Source: Dendrobates tinctorius | Taxonomy: Eukaryota | Direction: 5' to 3' | Length of the DNA: 64,000 nucleotides | NCBI RefSeq assembly: GCF_039654945.1 | Contig: NW_027361825.1 | Coordinates: 23,808,001-23,872,000, forward strand | In this document: one piece after another, positions 61,601-64,000 of the stretch | Layout of the letters: the number at the start of each line of letters is the position of its first letter | Position numbering within the stretch: position 1 is the stretch's first letter | Made by a program: the position numbers and the translations under genes | Notes under the pieces: generated by a model | Databases searched by the model: none | What the model saw: only the letters and a program-made list of their open reading frames with translations | Told to the model about the DNA's origin: nothing

Positions 61601-63232
61601 CAAATAAAGTTTAACTTCTATAAAATTGGATGTAAAAAAACAGACATGGGTAACAACAGCCCGATTTTTCAGGATTAAAGTATTTCATAGGCTTGTCTGA
61701 TCGTGGCCTTGTGGACAGTGAGAAGACATCTGTATTGCGTTACTACATGGCCATCGGTCTGGGTACATACAGGTGGTCCTGTCTTTTGAAGGCTTTCATG
61801 CAGATCTTGCAGATGTGACTTCGCTCCTGGCTGTGGGTGACCGAGTGTTTGTTGAGGGAGCTGGCGCTGGAGAAGACTTTTCCGCATACCTTGCAGTTCA
61901 GCATGGTAGTCTGAACACATTTCTCAGTGCAGGACTTGTTCAGTAGCGTACTGCTTCCCTCAGCGCCTCGGAGGTGGAGATCTGGTAGGGGCAAAATTAG
62001 AAATATAATCAGCATATTGCAATTCTGCAGTGATCCCTAATGAAGGAGGTTGGTCAGGATTTAGGAGCACCACCTCAGGGACCTGTCTATCTCGAGAACA
62101 GGGGTCCCATTTCCCTTACTCTGCTACTTTTGGATCTCCCATTTACATCAACGATCTCAGCAGGTAAAACGGGCATTTGGGGGAACCCCATTCTTGAGAC
62201 AGGTGTATTTGCCCAGAGGTGGGACTGATATCCATCAGATATTGCTGAAATAAGTCCAATACTCGATGATAACCAGAAGTCATTTAGAAAGTTAAGGTGG
62301 TTGTCCCATTTCAGAAAAGACCGGGTGTAGTTCTAAAAACACATAAACGGAGACTTACTTACCTTCCCAGGGGTGTAGCAACGAGACTCCGCCACTTCTT
62401 CAGTCTTAGTTGTTTGTCTGCAGTGCTAACGTCACGTCAACAGAGCTGCAGCCAATCAGTGAGGTCAGTGGTTTGTGCTGTCTATATGTTCATAGTTACT
62501 GAGCTCTGATTGATTGCGCTGCAGACAATAACAGACACTGAGAGCGGCGGAGACTCCGAGATGGACCCCTGAAGTGTACACCTATGGTTTCCTGTGTTCC
62601 CCAATGAAACTACTAAAAAAAATTTTTCTAAAAGGGGACAACGCCTTTAATAGAACAGTGGCGTGAAAGCTCACCCTTCACCACATTCAGAAGGGGCTCT
62701 ACAGAACCTTCTTCTTGTATTTTGGGGGGACTTGAATGCTAGGGAAGCTGTCCCCTATCCCACCCCTAGGTGTTATATTTCAACCCTTTTTAAGTAAGGA
62801 CACACCCCAGTGAGATAGGAAATAGTGACGTCATATCGTCAATTTAATTCTATTTTTCCAGGAGGAGTAACCAAGGGACAGCACAATGCAACATCGAAAA
62901 GATGTTTCAAGATTGTTCTAAGGGAATACAGGAATAGAGAGATATGTGCAAGTCAGAACTAGGTGCCTGATCCTGATGAGTGATCCAGACTCGATCAAAG
63001 ACAAACCTGCGTCCCATTTATTTGTGACGGATGGCAGCAGGTGCGAATCTGACGATACCTCCTCCATCCTGCAAGGCAGCGGTATATCCCCCAGATTATC
63101 ATCCAGCATGACGTCAGAGGTGCTTAGACTGTGATCTGGAGGCTGGAAGAGCTCGCTGATGGGCTGAAACACCTCCCGGCAGAAGTCATCCGGTTGGAGG
63201 CCGTGTCCATCATTTAAGCTGTAATGAGTCAT
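43564..63232 (-). CDS. znf541: Zinc finger protein 541 (C2H2 fingers plus ELM2-SANT), 13 predicted coding exons, ~945 aa
   Basis: Exons 63007-63232, 61771-61981, 56600-57725, 50463-50624, 50086-50386, 49947-50004, 49751-49872, 48473-48576, 47548-47623, 47106-47194, 45410-45556, 45231-45337, 43564-43672; phases all compatible. Motifs [61 protein letters not shown] and [15 protein letters not shown] match ZNF541; synteny with napa. Confidence 0.9.
44153..44453. mobile_element. Harbinger-type MITE
   Basis: GGGTATGTGCACAC...GTGTGCACATAGCC. Confidence 0.7.
45231..45337 (-). CDS. znf541: znf541 exon
   Basis: EPHGG...FPCQLCD(R), start of the terminal C2H2 finger. Confidence 0.85.
45410..45556 (-). 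CDS. znf541: znf541 exon (SANT end)
   Basis: [18 protein letters not shown]... Confidence 0.9.
47106..47194 (-). CDS. znf541: znf541 exon (SANT)
   Basis: (G)[29 protein letters not shown]. Confidence 0.9.
47548..47623 (-). CDS. znf541: znf541 exon
   Basis: ETLEKLL...DYHYA(G). Confidence 0.9.
48473..48576 (-). CDS. znf541: znf541 exon (ELM2)
   Basis: [34 protein letters not shown]. Confidence 0.9.
49364..49672. mobile_element. hAT-type MITE (TAGTGATGAG family)
   Basis: Perfect 8-bp TSD GTAGTAAA; palindromic body. Confidence 0.85.
49751..49872 (-). CDS. znf541: znf541 exon (ELM2 start)
   Basis: [14 protein letters not shown]...ADLVWRP. Confidence 0.9.
49947..50004 (-). CDS. znf541: znf541 exon
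   Basis: [18 protein letters not shown](P), 58 bp, phases fit. Confidence 0.8.
50086..50386 (-). CDS. znf541: znf541 exon
   Basis: PLPLYIP...FQSSMRSP...[18 protein letters not shown] conserved block. Confidence 0.9.
50463..50624 (-). CDS. znf541: znf541 exon (acceptor could alternatively be at 50612)
   Basis: ...[16 protein letters not shown], a conserved ZNF541/TRERF1 motif; donor GTGAGG. Confidence 0.75.
51040..55712 (+). mobile_element. DIRS1-like tyrosine-recombinase retrotransposon, 5'-truncated and decayed
   Basis: Gag-like piece 51101-51535; RT ([21 protein letters not shown] ~52428); RNase H ([10 protein letters not shown]); adenine-methyltransferase-like YAFPP; YR region 54280-55340 ([11 protein letters not shown]). 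Internal complementary region ~55366-55460 pairs with the right terminal repeat ~55645-55712. Confidence 0.88.
53617..54272. mobile_element. Non-autonomous hAT element with (GGAGTC)n subterminal arrays, nested in DIRS
   Basis: TIR CAGGGCTGTGGAGTC...GACTCCACAGCCCTG; perfect 8-bp TSD CTTCTAAC. Confidence 0.9.
56600..57725 (-). CDS. znf541: znf541 large exon (end of finger 2, finger 3)
   Basis: [39 protein letters not shown]...SKPK, donor GTAAGT. Confidence 0.92.
58358..59555 (-). mobile_element. Decayed, internally deleted Tc1 transposon
   Basis: Terminus AGTGGGGAAAAAAGTATTTAGTCAGCCACC with inverted copy ~59533-59550; transposase pieces 59152-59493 and 58720-59067 ([11 protein letters not shown]). 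Confidence 0.85.
59786..61351 (-). mobile_element. Full-length Tc1 (DD34E) transposon, nearly intact
   Basis: TA flanks; TIR CAGTCATGGCCAAAAGTTTTGAGAATGACACAAAT. Transposase from ~60979 ([12 protein letters not shown]) with an early frameshift and a stop ~60726; intact catalytic ORF 59963-60706 ([19 protein letters not shown]). Confidence 0.93.
61771..61981 (-). CDS. znf541: znf541 coding exon 2 (C2H2 fingers 1-2)
   Basis: [41 protein letters not shown](L). Confidence 0.92.
63007..63232 (-). CDS. znf541: znf541 first coding exon
   Basis: MTHYSLNDG...VMLDDNL resembles human MDQYSLGDE...VLEDNL; acceptor at 63242 implies an upstream UTR exon; phase-1 donor GTTTGT inferred. Confidence 0.75.
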
Positions 63233-63408
63233 CTTGAAAACCTAAAAAAGAAGCAACGTGCATCGTGTCACCTCACTACCCTCTTAATGAAATCATTCCA
63301 TATAAAATACCAATTCTGGAACACCCATTATTCAAAGTGTATCAGCGTTAAGGCCCCGTCACACTAAGCGATCTCGCTAGCGAGATCACTGATTTTGTGA
63401 CACGCCAG

Positions 63409-63870
63409 CGAGGGCTGTGGAGTCGGAGTCGTGGAGTCGGAGTCGGTGCTCATTTTGGTGGAGTCGGTGCTCATTTTGGTGGAGTTGGAGTCAGTATAAA
63501 ATGGTCCGACTCCGACTCCTAAAATATATAATAAATTGGGTACAGTAGTTCAATGCAGAATATGCTGAATATTTTTTCATAGGAATTTGGGAAAGTTATG
63601 AAATGTCCTATAAATGACTGTTCTATTCCTGATCTAAGGCTACATTCACACACAGCGTTTTTCCTGCGTTTTTTGAGGATACGTTTTTCAGTTGCAAAAG
63701 CAGATCAGCTTTTTAAAAAACCGCATCACCTGAAAGGTTTTTGAGCTCATAGATAATGTTCTCAATAGCAAAAGATTAGAAATCTGCTCTATCTATCCAT
63801 TTATCCATATCTGTCTATCCATATCATATCTGTACCAAAAAGAATGAAAGCCGGATAGCACACAGACTAA
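63409..63870. mobile_element. Second copy of the (GGAGTC)n hAT element, following a Harbinger MITE end
   Basis: Highly similar to 53617-54060; preceded by TAA-GGCCCCGTCACAC MITE start at ~63352. The right end is not seen. Confidence 0.8.
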
Positions 63871-64000
63871 CACTCCTTTTTTTTTTTTAGCACCAGTCAG
63901 GTACACCTCATAGCTGCCCAAAAGGACGCCCAGGACAGGCATTGCTCGTCTTCAGTAACATCAACTGATAGTTGGAATAAATAGACTGCATTCATCACCA

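Overview
Vertebrate genomic DNA, most likely from an anuran (frog); this is inferred from gene content and repeat types. It carries the conserved kptn-napa-znf541 block (human 19q13 order), all on the minus strand: kptn exons 1-2, the complete 11-exon napa (295 aa) and 13 predicted coding exons of znf541 (~945 aa). An intact ZBED-type gene (BED finger plus hAT transposase fold) lies on the + strand between napa and znf541. It is head-to-head with napa, has no visible TIRs, carries a D-to-E change at the first catalytic position and looks domesticated. The rest is TE-rich: (1) an apparently open Gmr1-type Gypsy element (PRO-INT order) in kptn intron 2, whose LTR/leader junction holds a cluster of tRNA-Leu PBS motifs around a 110-bp mini-LTR-like cassette; (2) a nested stack of Tc1, hAT end, tRNA-Lys ERV and self-priming sushi-type Gypsy; (3) a solo LTR, several Tc1/mariner copies and a decayed DIRS element; (4) many hAT, Harbinger and Kolobok-type MITEs and minisatellites. 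Exon coordinates were derived by hand from splice sites and recalled human protein sequences; no database searches were run.
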